From contig OX597822.1 of the NCBI GenBank assembly GCA_951406725.2, positions 101,184,001 to 101,248,000 on the forward strand: 64,000 bases of DNA, written 5' to 3'. Shown here one piece after another: positions 27,131-40,698 of this stretch. The translations under genes and the position numbers were made by a program. Numbering within the stretch: the first letter of the stretch is position 1; every line of letters begins with the position of its first letter. This stretch comes from Octopus vulgaris. Lineage: Eukaryota. The notes under the pieces are model-generated. The model was not told the DNA's origin and ran no database searches. It worked only from the letters and a program-made list of their open reading frames with translations.

Positions 27131-27314
27131 CCCTTTTACATTTTCTATATGTACTGCTACATGCTTTTCAATGTTTTATTTGCGATAAGTACTTTACATT
27201 CTATTTTATCCCTGACTGCTTTTTGTTAACATTAAGGATGGTCAATTTCCTGAACTTAGATCGAGCACATTAATCAATATGAAACGAAATACATTCATTT
27301 TTAATGACCATAGG

Positions 27315-27472
27315 CTAAGGTGTGGCTGTGCGGCAAGAAGCTTGTTTCTTAACCACAGGCTTTGGAGTTCAGTCCCACTGCGTGGCACCTTGGGCAAGTG
27401 TCTTGTACTAGAGTTTCCGGCCGACCAAAGCCTTGTGAGTTGTAGACAGAAACGGAAGAAAGCCCATCGTAT
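27315..27472 (+). mobile_element. SINE family B, 5' half (a matching 3' half is at 29520-29725)
   Basis: GTTCAGTCCCACTGCGTGGCACCTTGGGCAAGTGTCTT...GCCGACCAAAGCCTTGTGAGT. Confidence 0.8.
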
Positions 27473-27483
27473 GTATGTGTGTA

Positions 27484-27516
<33 letters not shown>

Positions 27517-28770
27517 CCACACCGCCCTTGCCAGAGCACGGTCCGTGGACCGTGTATCTGCTCTCTCTCCCCGAACCCGCCCTGTAGTTCTCGCCTCCCT
27601 TTTCCCCTCACTTACCACCCCAAGATCCTACCTCTCCAACGCACCATTCTTCGAGCTTTCCGTCATCTCCAGTCCGACCCGTCAACTTCACACCTCTTCC
27701 CTAACCGACCCCTCCCCTCTTTCAAACGAGCCCACAACCTTCGAGACCTTTTGGTCCATAGCTCCTTCCCTGATCCTACCTCCCAACCCGGCTCGTTCCC
27801 CTGCTCCCGCCCACGTTGCCGCACTTGCCCTTACCTCTCCAACACCACCCTCCTCACTAGCACCCATCATCGACCCTATCGCATCATCAACTCCTTCACC
27901 TGCACCTCCAGCAATATTATCTATTGCGTCTCTTGCTCTCTCTGCCATTCCTTGTACATCGGACAAACGGGACGCCGCTTGGCTGACCGGTTCGCGGAAC
28001 ACCTTCGTGACATCCACCTTGCGAACGACACACCGGTCTCACGCCATTTCCGCTCCACCGGTCACTCCTTGCAACACATGTCTGTGTTCGGTTTGTCCTT
28101 ACACAGAGGCCATCCGGATTCCCGTTTGCGCCGTGAACAGGAATTAATCTTCTCTCTTCGCTCTTATACGCCATTTGGTCTCAACTCTCCCCTCCTCATC
28201 TAACCCCCCTCTCCCCCTCCTCACCTACTTTTCCCCCCGACCCCTACTTCTCTTCAGTCCTTCATCCTTTCACCCCTACTCCCCTTCCCTTCTTCCCTCT
28301 TTCTCCCACCTTCCCTCTTCCCCTTCCCTCTGCTCCCTCACTCCCCTTCTCTCTCCCCCTCTCCCTCCTTCCTCATCCTCTCCCTCCTTCCTCATCCTCT
28401 CCCCCTTCCTCCCCCTCCCCCTTCCCCCTTCCCCTCTTCTCCTCTCTCCACACTACACCACACGACTTTACACATCACATCATATATGATGTGCCATACT
28501 AATACATACACCAACTAATACATACTAATACATATTAATACATACTAATACATACACCAACCCTATACATACATACGTCCAGACCTCTCATACGCACTAA
28601 TAATCTCTCATACACACACACACACACCCTTATGTTGGAGTAGGTCATTCAACCCTATTATCTCCCCTAATTTCGCTCTCGCGTCTCATGTTTGATCTTT
28701 GACTTCTGGCCGAAATCAGATCGCCATGTTGATTCGTTAGTTACTGCACGCATTTTTTTCTCTCCTTCTT
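27517..28770 (+). mobile_element. 5'-truncated Penelope-like element: GIY-YIG endonuclease ORF to 28203, then a pyrimidine-rich 3' region
   Basis: NLRDLLVHS, CSRPRCRTC, FTCTSSNIIYCVSCSLC, YIGQTGRRLADRFAEHLRDI, REQELI, PFGLN are typical of a PLE linker plus GIY-YIG domain. Confidence 0.9.
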
Positions 28771-28774
28771 TCTG

Positions 28775-28933
28775 TGTGGAACAAATATAGTATTATTGGA
28801 CGCTCAGGAAAGAAGGAAAGAAGGAGGGTTTAACGTTTCGAGCGGAGCTCTTCGTCAGAAACATAGGAGAAGGAAAGATCTAGAGAAAGGAAGACAGAGG
28901 GAAAAAAATCGCCAACGGTACACACGCGGTCAC
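28775..28933 (-). mobile_element. PLE-type terminal fragment with a minimal hammerhead (28828-28862)
   Basis: Minus strand GTTT-CTGACGA-A-GAGC-TCC-GCTC-GAAA-CG-TT-AAAC. A relative lies at 51391-51600. Confidence 0.7.
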
Positions 28934-29048
28934 ATTATATATATACGTATATATATAATCATATTAAAGGGAAATGGAAACCAATTAAAATTTTCCTTTC
29001 CAGTGGTCTAACGTATAAAAATTTAGTCCAAAGACTATGTATTAGTCA

Positions 29049-29282
29049 TAAAATACAGTGTACATTTAAACTCATAAGGAATCCACACGCTAAAAAGAAC
29101 AGCTAGGTTCCATAACCACAAAATTAGGGATAGAATTCGACAGGAACGAAGTGAAAAAATAAAATAGATGGTAAAATGTTTATATTTTTATCCCTAATTT
29201 TGTGGTTACCTAGCTGTTCTTTCTAGTGTGTTGAATCCAACGAGTAGATTCCTCATGTGTTTAAATGTACACTGTATTTTAT
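29049..29282. repeat. Inverted repeat (arms 29049-29132 and 29188-29282)
   Basis: TAAAATACAGTGTACATTTAAAC..TAACCACAAAATTAGGGATA mirrors TATCCCTAATTTTGTGGTTA..GTTTAAATGTACACTGTATTTTA. Confidence 0.75.
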
Positions 29283-29351
29283 TTTTGTATATATATGTAT
29301 ATATATATATGTATATATATATGTATATATATATATGTATATATATATATG

Positions 29352-29422
<71 letters not shown>

Positions 29423-29449
29423 GTATATATATGTGTATATATATATATG

Positions 29450-29517
<68 letters not shown>

Positions 29518-30266
29518 TGTGTGTTTTTGTATCTGTATTTGTCCACTCCGACACCGTTTCACAATCGGTGCTGGTGTGTTTATCCCCACGTAATTTAGTT
29601 GTTCGGCGAAGACACCCGTAGAATAAGTACCAGACTAAAGACTAAAGATATATATATTCGACAAAAATTCTTCAAGCCAGTACCCAGCACGACTGCAGTC
29701 TAATGACTGAACAAGTAAAAGATAAAAAAAAAAACACTAAGCTAATTTTATCCAGAATCGGTCTTCCATAAACTATATATATAAAGAGAAAACTTTATAT
29801 GCAATCTTAGAATGGAAGTATAGTTGTAACTATAATATTCTAGTGATCTGATAAGCTAACTTTTTTATCTGCACTGATTTGTAAATATACAATAGCATTG
29901 TATAATGCGTAACATGCATATTAATGCAGACGCAAACATAATTTATTATACACTGTAATTATTATTATATGATGAAGTCTGCGAAACGGCCGCGACCCTA
30001 AGAATGACGAATAGTTAAATATATTCAGCCTATCATATCTACTGTCGTTTTATTGTTTAAATGATCCTCATAAAATAATCTCAACGATCAGACCCCTTGG
30101 ATTTCAGCTGCAGAGAAATCTGCATTATACTCCTCCGTATTGGATAACTTCGTGATCTGCTAGCCGAATCCGCCAGAGAAGCTATCTGCAATAACCACAC
30201 AATTCTATGAATTCATATCTTACACTATACGTACATACATACATACATACATACATACATACATAA

Positions 30267-30297
<31 letters not shown>

Positions 30298-30309
30298 CAT
30301 ACATACGTA

Positions 30310-30531
30310 CAGTAACTCCTCACTGTATCGCGGTTCACCTATCGCGGTTTATTATTTAAGATTATGTCGATTCCTCCGTGATGCTGTTTTGCATTTATAA
30401 TAAAATGAATATATACAAATTATAAAAATAATGAGAAAAATATACAGCACAGTACTGTTTCTATTTCGCGGATAATCACCTAACACAAGAGGTTTTGGAA
30501 TGTATCACCTGCGACAGTCGAGAGATTAATG
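30310..30531. mobile_element. Degenerate Tigger/pogo-like MITE
   Basis: Termini (TA)CAGTAACTCCTC and GAGAGATTAATG(TA); internal TATCGCGG subrepeats. Confidence 0.45.
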
Positions 30532-30544
30532 TACGTATATATAC

Positions 30545-30577
<33 letters not shown>

Positions 30578-30581
<4 letters not shown>

Positions 30582-31101
30582 GGTATGTAGAAAAATACAA
30601 CATGGACAAGAACGTATAACTCTTAGAAGACGACACAATAAACACGGACAGGACATTCGAAACCCTCAGTCTTCAGTCAAGAACCGGATCATCGTAGTAA
30701 TTTCGGCTGATTAATCTTGAGATTACTAGATCACGGCCAGCCCTCCAAGAAAAACCAAGCAACGAGCATTAGAAAAACTAAGCTGGAAGCGTAGATTTCC
30801 TGGAAGAAGGATCGAATGCATACGAACACCAGGACAGCAAAAGGGACAGATATAAAAAAAACAAAAAACAATAATGGAATACAGAAACATGAAATACAGA
30901 AGCATTAACGGTGAAAACAACAGTGTCTTACGACTGATAACAAGCAAACAAATTTTTTCTCTGGCGCAATGGAAAAAGCCTTTATAGTGGCGGACGAAAA
31001 CAGCGATGTTAACAAGACGAGGGTCAGAAACTGAAAGGCAGATTTCGGCCAACAGTCACGTGACAGAGAAGAGGGAAAAGAAAAGAAAGAGAAGCAAAGG
31101 A

Positions 31102-31134
<33 letters not shown>

Positions 31135-31971
31135 AGAGAGGAGGGACAAACGCAACAAAGAGAGAGAAGAGAGAGAAAGAAGGAATCAGAGAGGAGAAGG
31201 GATGGGTGTCGAAGAATGACCTGTGAGTGCAGAGCGAGACAAAGAAATAGGAGGGTAGTGGAAGACTAGACCAAAGAATCAGAGGAAAGAGAAGAGAAAA
31301 AGAGGATGAGTAGAGAGAAAAGAGAGAGAGGGGGACAGATCAAGTAAAAATGAGAGAGAGAGAGAGACAAACAGAGAGTCGTACCAATTATTAAGAATAT
31401 GTGCTCACATAAATGTTAAGGGGGGTACGGGGCGCCTGGAATATATGTTAAGGTATGTAGAAAAATACAACATGGACAAGAACGTATAACTCTTAGAAGA
31501 CGACACAATAAACACGGACAGGACATTCGAAACCCTCAGTCTTCAGTCAAGAACCGGATCATCGTAGTAATTTCGGCTGATTAATCTTGAGATTACTAGA
31601 TCACGGCCAGCCCTCCAAGAAAAACCAAGCAACGAGCATTAGAAAAACTAAGCTGGAAGCGTAGATTTCCTGGAAGAAGGATCGAATGCATACGAACACC
31701 AGGACAGCAAAAGGGACAGATATAAAAAAAACAAAAAACAATAATGGAATACAGAAACATGAAATACAGAAGCATTAACGGTGAAAACAACAGTGTCTTA
31801 CGACTGATAACAAGCAAACAAATTTTTTCTCTGGCGCAATGGAAAAAGCCTTTATAGTGGCGGACGAAAACAGCGATGTTAACAAGACGAGGGTCAGAAA
31901 CTGAAAGGCAGATTTCGGCCAACAGTCACGTGACAGAGAAGAGGGAAAAGAAAAGAAAGAGAAGCAAAGGA

Positions 31972-32004
<33 letters not shown>

Positions 32005-33712
32005 AGAGAGGAGGGACAAACGCAACAAAGAGAGAGAAGAGAGAGAAAGAAGGAATCAGAGAGGAGAAGGGATGGGTGTCGAAGAATGACCTGTGAGTGC
32101 AGAGCGAGACAAAGAAATAGGAGGGTAGTGGAAGACTAGACCAAAGAATCAGAGGAAAGAGAAGAGAAAAAGAGGATGAGTAGAGAGAAAAGAGAGAGAG
32201 GGGGACAGATCAAGTAAAAATGAGAGAGAGAGAGAGACAAACAGAGAGTCGTACCAATTATTAAGAATATGTGCTCACATAAATGTTAAGGGGGGTACGG
32301 GGCGCCTGGAATATATGTTAAGGTATGTAGAAAAATACAACATGGACAAGAACGTATAACTCTTAGAAGACGACACAATAAACACGGACAGGACATTCGA
32401 AACCCTCAGTCTTCAGTCAAGAACCGGATCATCGTAGTAATTTCGGCTGATTAATCTTGAGATTACTAGATCACGGCCAGCCCTCCAAGAAAAACCAAGC
32501 AACGAGCATTAGAAAAACTAAGCTGGAAGCGTAGATTTCCTGGAAGAAGGATCGAATGCATACGAACACCAGGACAGCAAAAGGGACAGATATAAAAAAA
32601 AAAAAAAACAATAATGGAATACAGAAACATGAAATACAGAAGCATTAACGGTGAAAACAACAGTGTCTTACGACTGATAACAAGCAAACAAATTTTTTCT
32701 CTGGCGCAATGGAAAAAGCCTTTATAGTGGCGGACGAAAACAGCGATGTTAACAAGACGAGGGTCAGAAACTGAAAGGCAGATTTCGGCCAACAGTCACG
32801 TGACAGAGAAGAGGGAAAAGAAAAGAAAGAGAAGCAAAGGAAGAGAGAGAGAGAGGAGAGAGAGAGAGGAGAGAGAGAGAGGAGGGACAAACGCAACAAA
32901 GAGAGAGAAGAGAGAGAAAGAAGGAATCAGAGAGGAGAAGGGATGGGTGTCGAAGAATGACCTGTGAGTGCAGAGCGAGACAAAGAAATAGGAGGGTAGT
33001 GGAAGACTAGACCAAAGAATCAGAGGAAAGAGAAGAGAAAAAGAGGATGAGTAGAGAGAAAAGAGAGAGAGGGGGACAGATCAAGTAAAAATGAGAGAGA
33101 GAGAGAGACAAACAGAGAGTCGTACCAATTATTAAGAATATGTGCTCACATAAATGTTAAGGGGGGTACGGGGCGCCTGGAATATATGTTAAGGTATGTA
33201 GAAAAATACAACATGGACAAGAACGTATAACTCTTAGAAGACGACACAATAAACACGGACAGGACATTCGAAACCCTCAGTCTTCAGTCAAGAACCGGAT
33301 CATCGTAGTAATTTCGGCTGATTAATCTTGAGATTACTAGATCACGGCCAGCCCTCCAAGAAAAACCAAGCAACGAGCATTAGAAAAACTAAGCTGGAAG
33401 CGTAGATTTCCTGGAAGAAGGATCGAATGCATACGAACACCAGGACAGCAAAAGGGACAGATATAAAAAAAACAAAAAACAATAATGGAATACAGAAACA
33501 TGAAATACAGAAGCATTAACGGTGAAAACAACAGTGTCTTACGACTGATAACAAGCAAACAAATTTTTTCTCTGGCGCAATGGAAAAAGCCTTTATAGTG
33601 GCGGACGAAAACAGCGATGTTAACAAGACGAGGGTCAGAAACTGAAAGGCAGATTTCGGCCAACAGTCACGTGACAGAGAAGAGGGAAAAGAAAAGAAAG
33701 AGAAGCAAAGGA

Positions 33713-33745
<33 letters not shown>

Positions 33746-34580
33746 AGAGGAGGGACAAACGCAACAAAGAGAGAGAAGAGAGAGAAAGAAGGAATCAGAG
33801 AGGAGAAGGGATGGGTGTCGAAGAATGACCTGTGAGTGCAGAGCGAGACAAAGAAATAGGAGGGTAGTGGAAGACTAGACCAAAGAATCAGAGGAAAGAG
33901 AAGAGAAAAAGAGGATGAGTAGAGAGAAAAGAGAGAGAGGGGGACAGATCAAGTAAAAATGAGAGAGAGAGAGAGACAAACAGAGAGTCGTACCAATTAT
34001 TAAGAATATGTGCTCACATAAATGTTAAGGGGGGTACGGGGCGCCTGGAATATATGTTAAGGTATGTAGAAAAATACAACATGGACAAGAACGTATAACT
34101 CTTAGAAGACGACACAATAAACACGGACAGGACATTCGAAACCCTCAGTCTTCAGTCAAGAACCGGATCATCGTAGTAATTTCGGCTGATTAATCTTGAG
34201 ATTACTAGATCACGGCCAGCCCTCCAAGAAAAACCAAGCAACGAGCATTAGAAAAACTAAGCTGGAAGCGTAGATTTCCTGGAAGAAGGATCGAATGCAT
34301 ACGAACACCAGGACAGCAAAAGGGACAGATATAAAAAAAAAAAAAAACAATAATGGAATACAGAAACATGAAATACAGAAGCATTAACGGTGAAAACAAC
34401 AGTGTCTTACGACTGATAACAAGCAAACAAATTTTTTCTCTGGCGCAATGGAAAAAGCCTTTATAGTGGCGGACGAAAACAGCGATGTTAACAAGACGAG
34501 GGTCAGAAACTGAAAGGCAGATTTCGGCCAACAGTCACGTGACAGAGAAGAGGGAAAAGAAAAGAAAGAGAAGCAAAGGA

Positions 34581-34621
<41 letters not shown>

Positions 34622-35449
34622 GGACAAACGCAACAAAGAGAGAGAAGAGAGAGAAAGAAGGAATCAGAGAGGAGAAGGGATGGGTGTCGAAGAATGACCT
34701 GTGAGTGCAGAGCGAGACAAAGAAATAGGAGGGTAGTGGAAGACTAGACCAAAGAATCAGAGGAAAGAGAAGAGAAAAAGAGGATGAGTAGAGAGAAAAG
34801 AGAGAGAGGGGGACAGATCAAGTAAAAATGAGAGAGAGAGAGAGACAAACAGAGAGTCGTACCAATTATTAAGAATATGTGCTCACATAAATGTTAAGGG
34901 GGGTACGGGGCGCCTGGAATATATGTTAAGGTATGTAGAAAAATACAACATGGACAAGAACGTATAACTCTTAGAAGACGACACAATAAACACGGACAGG
35001 ACATTCGAAACCCTCAGTCTTCAGTCAAGAACCGGATCATCGTAGTAATTTCGGCTGATTAATCTTGAGATTACTAGATCACGGCCAGCCCTCCAAGAAA
35101 AACCAAGCAACGAGCATTAGAAAAACTAAGCTGGAAGCGTAGATTTCCTGGAAGAAGGATCGAATGCATACGAACACCAGGACAGCAAAAGGGACAGATA
35201 TAAAAAAAACAAAAAACAATAATGGAATACAGAAACATGAAATACAGAAGCATTAACGGTGAAAACAACAGTGTCTTACGACTGATAACAAGCAAACAAA
35301 TTTTTTCTCTGGCGCAATGGAAAAAGCCTTTATAGTGGCGGACGAAAACAGCGATGTTAACAAGACGAGGGTCAGAAACTGAAAGGCAGATTTCGGCCAA
35401 CAGTCACGTGACAGAGAAGAGGGAAAAGAAAAGAAAGAGAAGCAAAGGA

Positions 35450-35482
<33 letters not shown>

Positions 35483-36316
35483 AGAGAGGAGGGACAAACG
35501 CAACAAAGAGAGAGAAGAGAGAGAAAGAAGGAATCAGAGAGGAGAAGGGATGGGTGTCGAAGAATGACCTGTGAGTGCAGAGCGAGACAAAGAAATAGGA
35601 GGGTAGTGGAAGACTAGACCAAAGAATCAGAGGAAAGAGAAGAGAAAAAGAGGATGAGTAGAGAGAAAAGAGAGAGAGGGGGACAGATCAAGTAAAAATG
35701 AGAGAGAGAGAGAGACAAACAGAGAGTCGTACCAATTATTAAGAATATGTGCTCACATAAATGTTAAGGGGGGTACGGGGCGCCTGGAATATATGTTAAG
35801 GTATGTAGAAAAATACAACATGGACAAGAACGTATAACTCTTAGAAGACGACACAATAAACACGGACAGGACATTCGAAACCCTCAGTCTTCAGTCAAGA
35901 ACCGGATCATCGTAGTAATTTCGGCTGATTAATCTTGAGATTACTAGATCACGGCCAGCCCTCCAAGAAAAACCAAGCAACGAGCATTAGAAAAACTAAG
36001 CTGGAAGCGTAGATTTCCTGGAAGAAGGATCGAATGCATACGAACACCAGGACAGCAAAAGGGACAGATATAAAAAAAACAAAAAACAATAATGGAATAC
36101 AGAAACATGAAATACAGAAGCATTAACGGTGAAAACAACAGTGTCTTACGACTGATAACAAGCAAACAAATTTTTTCTCTGGCGCAATGGAAAAAGCCTT
36201 TATAGTGGCGGACGAAAACAGCGATGTTAACAAGACGAGGGTCAGAAACTGAAAGGCAGATTTCGGCCAACAGTCACGTGACAGAGAAGAGGGAAAAGAA
36301 AAGAAAGAGAAGCAAA

Positions 36317-36362
<46 letters not shown>

Positions 36363-37187
36363 CAAACGCAACAAAGAGAGAGAAGAGAGAGAAAGAAGGA
36401 ATCAGAGAGGAGAAGGGATGGGTGTCGAAGAATGACCTGTGAGTGCAGAGCGAGACAAAGAAATAGGAGGGTAGTGGAAGACTAGACCAAAGAATCAGAG
36501 GAAAGAGAAGAGAAAAAGAGGATGAGTAGAGAGAAAAGAGAGAGAGGGGGACAGATCAAGTAAAAATGAGAGAGAGAGAGAGACAAACAGAGAGTCGTAC
36601 CAATTATTAAGAATATGTGCTCACATAAATGTTAAGGGGGGTACGGGGCGCCTGGAATATATGTTAAGGTATGTAGAAAAATACAACATGGACAAGAACG
36701 TATAACTCTTAGAAGACGACACAATAAACACGGACAGGACATTCGAAACCCTCAGTCTTCAGTCAAGAACCGGATCATCGTAGTAATTTCGGCTGATTAA
36801 TCTTGAGATTACTAGATCACGGCCAGCCCTCCAAGAAAAACCAAGCAACGAGCATTAGAAAAACTAAGCTGGAAGCGTAGATTTCCTGGAAGAAGGATCG
36901 AATGCATACGAACACCAGGACAGCAAAAGGGACAGATATAAAAAAAAAAAAAAACAATAATGGAATACAGAAACATGAAATACAGAAGCATTAACGGTGA
37001 AAACAACAGTGTCTTACGACTGATAACAAGCAAACAAATTTTTTCTCTGGCGCAATGGAAAAAGCCTTTATAGTGGCGGACGAAAACAGCGATGTTAACA
37101 AGACGAGGGTCAGAAACTGAAAGGCAGATTTCGGCCAACAGTCACGTGACAGAGAAGAGGGAAAAGAAAAGAAAGAGAAGCAAAGGA

Positions 37188-37220
<33 letters not shown>

Positions 37221-38053
37221 AGAGAGGACAAACGCAACAAAGAGAGAGAAGAGAGAGAAAGAAGGAATCAGAGAGGAGAAGGGATGGGTGTCGAAGAATG
37301 ACCTGTGAGTGCAGAGCGAGACAAAGAAATAGGAGGGTAGTGGAAGACTAGACCAAAGAATCAGAGGAAAGAGAAGAGAAAAAGAGGATGAGTAGAGAGA
37401 AAAGAGAGAGAGGGGGACAGATCAAGTAAAAATGAGAGAGAGAGAGAGACAAACAGAGAGTCGTACCAATTATTAAGAATATGTGCTCACATAAATGTTA
37501 AGGGGGGTACGGGGCGCCTGGAATATATGTTAAGGTATGTAGAAAAATACAACATGGACAAGAACGTATAACTCTTAGAAGACGACACAATAAACACGGA
37601 CAGGACATTCGAAACCCTCAGTCTTCAGTCAAGAACCGGATCATCGTAGTAATTTCGGCTGATTAATCTTGAGATTACTAGATCACGGCCAGCCCTCCAA
37701 GAAAAACCAAGCAACGAGCATTAGAAAAACTAAGCTGGAAGCGTAGATTTCCTGGAAGAAGGATCGAATGCATACGAACACCAGGACAGCAAAAGGGACA
37801 GATATAAAAAAAACAAAAAACAATAATGGAATACAGAAACATGAAATACAGAAGCATTAACGGTGAAAACAACAGTGTCTTACGACTGATAACAAGCAAA
37901 CAAATTTTTTCTCTGGCGCAATGGAAAAAGCCTTTATAGTGGCGGACGAAAACAGCGATGTTAACAAGACGAGGGTCAGAAACTGAAAGGCAGATTTCGG
38001 CCAACAGTCACGTGACAGAGAAGAGGGAAAAGAAAAGAAAGAGAAGCAAAGGA

Positions 38054-38090
<37 letters not shown>

Positions 38091-39794
38091 GAGGAGGGAC
38101 AAACGCAACAAAGAGAGAGAAGAGAGAGAAAGAAGGAATCAGAGAGGAGAAGGGATGGGTGTCGAAGAATGACCTGTGAGTGCAGAGCGAGACAAAGAAA
38201 TAGGAGGGTAGTGGAAGACTAGACCAAAGAATCAGAGGAAAGAGAAGAGAAAAAGAGGATGAGTAGAGAGAAAAGAGAGAGAGGGGGACAGATCAAGTAA
38301 AAATGAGAGAGAGAGAGAGACAAACAGAGAGTCGTACCAATTATTAAGAATATGTGCTCACATAAATGTTAAGGGGGGTACGGGGCGCCTGGAATATATG
38401 TTAAGGTATGTAGAAAAATACAACATGGACAAGAACGTATAACTCTTAGAAGACGACACAATAAACACGGACAGGACATTCGAAACCCTCAGTCTTCAGT
38501 CAAGAACCGGATCATCGTAGTAATTTCGGCTGATTAATCTTGAGATTACTAGATCACGGCCAGCCCTCCAAGAAAAACCAAGCAACGAGCATTAGAAAAA
38601 CTAAGCTGGAAGCGTAGATTTCCTGGAAGAAGGATCGAATGCATACGAACACCAGGACAGCAAAAGGGACAGATATAAAAAAAACAAAAAACAATAATGG
38701 AATACAGAAACATGAAATACAGAAGCATTAACGGTGAAAACAACAGTGTCTTACGACTGATAACAAGCAAACAAATTTTTTCTCTGGCGCAATGGAAAAA
38801 GCCTTTATAGTGGCGGACGAAAACAGCGATGTTAACAAGACGAGGGTCAGAAACTGAAAGGCAGATTTCGGCCAACAGTCACGTGACAGAGAAGAGGGAA
38901 AAGAAAAGAAAGAGAAGCAAAGGAAGAGAGAGAGAGAGGAGAGAGAGAGAGGAGAGAGAGAGAGGAGGGACAAACGCAACAAAGAGAGAGAAGAGAGAGA
39001 AAGAAGGAATCAGAGAGGAGAAGGGATGGGTGTCGAAGAATGACCTGTGAGTGCAGAGCGAGACAAAGAAATAGGAGGGTAGTGGAAGACTAGACCAAAG
39101 AATCAGAGGAAAGAGAAGAGAAAAAGAGGATGAGTAGAGAGAAAAGAGAGAGAGGGGGACAGATCAAGTAAAAATGAGAGAGAGAGAGAGACAAACAGAG
39201 AGTCGTACCAATTATTAAGAATATGTGCTCACATAAATGTTAAGGGGGTACGGGGCGCCTGGAATATATGTTAAGGTATGTAGAAAAATACAACATGGAC
39301 AAGAACGTATAACTCTTAGAAGACGACACAATAAACACGGACAGGACATTCGAAACCCTCAGTCTTCAGTCAAGAACCGGATCATCGTAGTAATTTCGGC
39401 TGATTAATCTTGAGATTACTAGATCACGGCCAGCCCTCCAAGAAAAACCAAGCAACGAGCATTAGAAAAACTAAGCTGGAAGCGTAGATTTCCTGGAAGA
39501 AGGATCGAATGCATACGAACACCAGGACAGCAAAAGGGACAGATATAAAAAAAACAAAAAACAATAATGGAATACAGAAACATGAAATACAGAAGCATTA
39601 ACGGTGAAAACAACAGTGTCTTACGACTGATAACAAGCAAACAAATTTTTTCTCTGGCGCAATGGAAAAAGCCTTTATAGTGGCGGACGAAAACAGCGAT
39701 GTTAACAAGACGAGGGTCAGAAACTGAAAGGCAGATTTCGGCCAACAGTCACGTGACAGAGAAGAGGGAAAAGAAAAGAAAGAGAAGCAAAGGA

Positions 39795-39831
<37 letters not shown>

Positions 39832-40661
39832 GGGGACAAACGCAACAAAGAGAGAGAAGAGAGAGAAAGAAGGAATCAGAGAGGAGAAGGGATGGGTGTC
39901 GAAGAATGACCTGTGAGTGCAGAGCGAGACAAAGAAATAGGAGGGTAGTGGAAGACTAGACCAAAGAATCAGAGGAAAGAGAAGAGAAAAAGAGGATGAG
40001 TAGAGAGAAAAGAGAGAGAGGGGGACAGATCAAGTAAAAATGAGAGAGAGAGAGAGACAAACAGAGAGTCGTACCAATTATTAAGAATATGTGCTCACAT
40101 AAATGTTAAGGGGGGTACGGGGCGCCTGGAATATATGTTAAGGTATGTAGAAAAATACAACATGGACAAGAACGTATAACTCTTAGAAGACGACACAATA
40201 AACACGGACAGGACATTCGAAACCCTCAGTCTTCAGTCAAGAACCGGATCATCGTAGTAATTTCGGCTGATTAATCTTGAGATTACTAGATCACGGCCAG
40301 CCCTCCAAGAAAAACCAAGCAACGAGCATTAGAAAAACTAAGCTGGAAGCGTAGATTTCCTGGAAGAAGGATCGAATGCATACGAACACCAGGACAGCAA
40401 AAGGGACAGATATAAAAAAAACAAAAAACAATAATGGAATACAGAAACATGAAATACAGAAGCATTAACGGTGAAAACAACAGTGTCTTACGACTGATAA
40501 CAAGCAAACAAATTTTTTCTCTGGCGCAATGGAAAAAGCCTTTATAGTGGCGGACGAAAACAGCGATGTTAACAAGACGAGGGTCAGAAACTGAAAGGCA
40601 GATTTCGGCCAACAGTCACGTGACAGAGAAGAGGGAAAAGAAAAGAAAGAGAAGCAAAGGA

Positions 40662-40698
<37 letters not shown>

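Noticed and set aside
29968-29996. Hammerhead-like TGATGAAGTCTGCGAAACGGCCG
   Set aside because: It lacks the core C, a proper stem II, the cleavage triplet and stem I.
30726-31052. 108-aa hydrophobic ORF repeated 14 times as a tandem gene family
   Set aside because: No recognisable domain. Its composition reflects T-rich sequence, it has a non-ATG start, and its conservation simply follows recent DNA amplification.
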